Source: Eledone cirrhosa
Lineage: Eukaryota
Direction of reading: 5' to 3'
Length of the DNA stretch: 64,000 nt
Assembly: GCA_964016885.1 (NCBI GenBank)
Contig: OZ024744.1
Location: 27,776,001 to 27,840,000 of the forward strand
Part shown: piece by piece, positions 61,288 through 64,000 of the stretch
Position numbering within the stretch: position 1 is the first letter of the stretch
Layout of the letters: each line of letters begins with the position of its first letter
Position numbers and translations under genes: made by a program
Notes under the pieces: model-generated
The model's database searches: none
Told to the model about the DNA's origin: nothing
The model's input: only the letters and a program-made list of their open reading frames with translations

Positions 61288-64000
61288 TGTTGCTGTTATA
61301 ACTGTTACTGTCATTGTTGTTGTTGTTGTCGCTGTTATCACTGTTATTTTCATTGTTGTTGTTGTCGCTGTTATCACTGTTATTGTCACTGTTGTTGTTG
61401 TTGTTGTCGCTGTTATCACTGTTATTGTCACTGTTGTTGTTGTTGTCACTGTTATAAATGGTATTGTCACTGTTGTCGTTGTTGTCGATGTTATCACTGT
61501 TATTGTCACTGTTGTTGTTGTTGTTGTCTCTGTCATAACTGTTCTTTTCACTGTTGTTGTTGTTGTTGCTGTTGTTGTTCTCGCTGTTATCACTGTTATT
61601 GTCACTGTTGTTGTCGCTGTTATCACTGTTATTGTCACTGTTGTTATTGTTGTTGTTGCTGTTATCACTGTTATTGTCACTGTTGTAGTTGTTGTCGCTG
61701 TTATAACTGTTATTGTCACTGTTGTTGTTGTTGCTGTCGCTGTTATCACTGTTATTGTCATTGTTGTTGTTGTTGTGGCTGTTATCACTGTTATTGTCAT
61801 TGTTGTTGTCGCTGTTATCACTGTTATTTTCATTGTTGTTGTTGTTGTTCTCTCTGTTATCACTGTTATTGTCACTGTTATTGTCACTGTTGTTGTTGTT
61901 CTCGCTGTTATAATTGTTATTGTGACTGTTGTTGTTGTCGCTGTTATAACTGTTATTGTCATTGTTGTTGTTGTTCTCGCTGTTATCACTGTTATTGTTG
62001 TTGTCGCTGTTATAACTGTTATTGTCACTGTTGTTGTTGTCGCTGTTATAACTCTTATTGTCACTGTTGTTGTTGTTGTCGTCGTTGTTATCACTGTTAT
62101 TGTCATTATTTTTGTTGTCGCTGTTATCACTGTTATTGTAATTGTTGGTGTTGTTGTCGCTGTTATCACTGTTATTGTCCCTGTTGTTGTTGTCGCTGTT
62201 ATAAATGTTATTGTCACTATTGCTTTTGTTGTTGTCGCTCTTATCACTCTTATTGTCATTGCTGTTGTTGTTCTCGCTGCTATCCCTGTTATTGTCATTG
62301 TTGTTGTTGTTGTACTCGCTGTTATCACTGTTATTGTCATTGTTGTTGTTGTGGTCGCTGTTATCACTGTTATTGTCAGTGTTGTTGTTGTTGTTCTCGC
62401 TGTTATCACTGTTGTCGTCACTGTTGTTGTTGTTGTTGTCGCTGTTATAACTGTTATTGTCGCTGTTATAACTGTTATTGTCATTGTTGTTGTTGTCACT
62501 GTTATCACTGTTATTGACACTGTTGTTGCTGTTGTTCTCGCTGTTATCACTGTTATTGTCACTGTTGTTGTTGTTGTTCTCGCTGTTACCACTGTTATTG
62601 TCAATGTTGTTGTTGTCGCTGTTATAACTGTTATTGTCACTGTTGTTGTTGTTGTCGCTGTTATAACTCTTATTGTCACTGTTGTTGTTGTAGTTGTCGT
62701 TGTTATCACTGTAATTGTCATTATTGTTATTGTCGTAGTTATCACTGTTATTGTCATTGTTGTTGTTGTTGTTGTCGTCGCTGTTATCACTTTTATTGTC
62801 ACTGTTTTTGTTGTTGTCGCTTCTATAACTGTTATTTTCACTATTGCTGTTGTTGTCGCTATTATCACTCCTATTGTCATTGTTGTTGTTGTCGCTGTTA
62901 TCACTGTTATTGTCACTGTTGTTGTTCTCGCTGTTATAACTGTTATTCTCACTGTTGTTGTTGTTCTCGCTGTTATCACTGGTATTGACACTGTTGTTGT
63001 TTTTATTGTCGCTGTTATAACTGTTATTGTCACTGTTGTTATTGTTGTTGTCGCTGTTATTACTGTTTTTGTTACTGTTGTTGTTGTTGTTCTCGCTGTT
63101 ATCACTGTTATTGTCACTGTTGTTGTTCTTCTCGCTGTTATCACTGTTATTGTCATTGTTGTTGTTGTTGTGTTCGCTGTTATAACTGTTATTGTCATTG
63201 TTGTTGTTGTTGTCGCTGTTATCACTGTTATTGTCACTGTTGTTGTTGTCGCTGGTATAACTGTTATTGTCACTGTTGTTTTTGTTGTTTGCGCTGTTAT
63301 CACTGTTATTGTCACTGTTGTTGTTGTCGCTGTTATAACTGTTATTGTCATTGTTGTTGTTGTTGTCACTGTTATCACTGTTATTGTCACCGTTGTTGTT
63401 GTTCTCGCTGTTATCACTGTTATTGTCCTTGTTGTTGTCGCTGTTATCACTGTTATTGTCACTGTTGCTGTTGTTGTCGCTGTTATCTCTGTTATTGTCA
63501 TTGTTGTTGTCGCTGTTATAACTGTTATTGTCATTGTTGTTGTTGTTGATGCTGTTATAACTGTTACTGTCATTGTTGTTGTTGTCGCTGTTATCACTGT
63601 TATTTTCACTGTTGTTGTTGTTGTTGTCGCTGTTATCACTGTTATTGTCACTGTTGTTGTTGTTGTCACTGTTATAAATGTTATAGTCACTGTTGTCGTT
63701 GTTGTCGCTATTATCACTGTTATTGTCACTGTTGTTGTTGTTGTTGTTGTCGCTGTCATAACTGTTCTTTTCACTGTTGTTGTTGTTGTTGTTGTTGTCG
63801 CTGTCATAACTGTTATTGTCACTGTTGTTGTCGCTGTTATAACTCTTATTGTCACTGTTGTTGTTGTCGCTGTTATCATTGTTATTGTCATTGTCGTTGT
63901 TGTCGCGTTTATAACTGTTATTGTCATTATTGTTGTTGTTGTCGCTGTTATAACTGTTATTGTCACTGTTGTTGTTGTTGCTGTCGGTGTTATAACTGTT

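Larger units (their letters stand above)
1..64000. repeat. Tandem satellite DNA array derived from (GTT/AAC)n; monomer GTCGCTGTTAT[C/A]ACTGTTATTGTCA[C/T]T(GTT)n, ~33-48 bp; runs off both window ends
   Basis: The unit repeats head-to-tail from base 1 to 64000 with no inversion or unique insert seen. Common variants are GTC/CTC at the first triplet, ATC/ATA, ACT/ATT, and GTT copy number of about 2-10. Confidence 0.98.
32134..64000. repeat. Large-scale paralogy: ~32.1-43.6 kb versus ~49.9-64.0 kb (offset growing from ~17.8 to ~20.5 kb)
   Basis: Rare markers are collinear: junction 32134/49921, ATCCCTTTT ~34082/52156, GATATC 34559/52761, GTGTCT 38486/58163, ATGACT 39242/58964, GTGGTCGCT ~41829/62351, GTTTGCGCT ~42876/63287. 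Confidence 0.8.

Noticed and set aside
1-64000. CRISPR array (27-bp constant unit with variable intervening sequence, starting GT)
   Set aside because: The intervening sequence is only (GTT)n, not unique spacers. There is no leader and no cas gene, and the array is far too long and internally variable.
1-64000. Pure sequencing or low-complexity artefact
   Set aside because: Rare variants recur in consistent order at multiple nested offsets, which random base-calling noise would not generate. Exact copy number and order could still be misassembled.
1-64000. Taxonomic assignment or a named satellite family
   Set aside because: There is no unique sequence to anchor it and I do not recognise the monomer. 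A database search is needed.

Overview
The whole 64 kb window is one uninterrupted, single-orientation tandem satellite array. The monomer is a ~27-bp core, GTC GCT GTT ATC ACT GTT ATT GTC ACT, followed by a variable (GTT)n run. Monomers are mostly ~33-48 bp, which gives roughly 1,600 copies (estimate). Nearly every consensus triplet is purine-pyrimidine-pyrimidine (RYY), so five of six frames are intrinsically stop-poor. The giant V/I/T, T/I/V, N/D/S, L/S and C/Y/H ORFs in the track are explained by this and are not supportable genes. I found no genes, RNA genes, transposons, CRISPR arrays or unique DNA. The real structure lies in diagnostic monomer variants that recur in a fixed order. They define an irregular kb-scale higher-order repeat (HOR) and nested duplications with offsets of ~0.2, 0.4-0.5, 1.1, 1.2, 2.2, 4.5, 5.4, 6.4 and 18-20.5 kb. 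One +1 nt rearrangement junction has been amplified nine times. This is most likely eukaryotic heterochromatic satellite (centromeric, pericentromeric or subtelomeric) derived from a (GTT/AAC)n microsatellite. The organism cannot be assigned from the sequence. All counts and offsets were read by eye.
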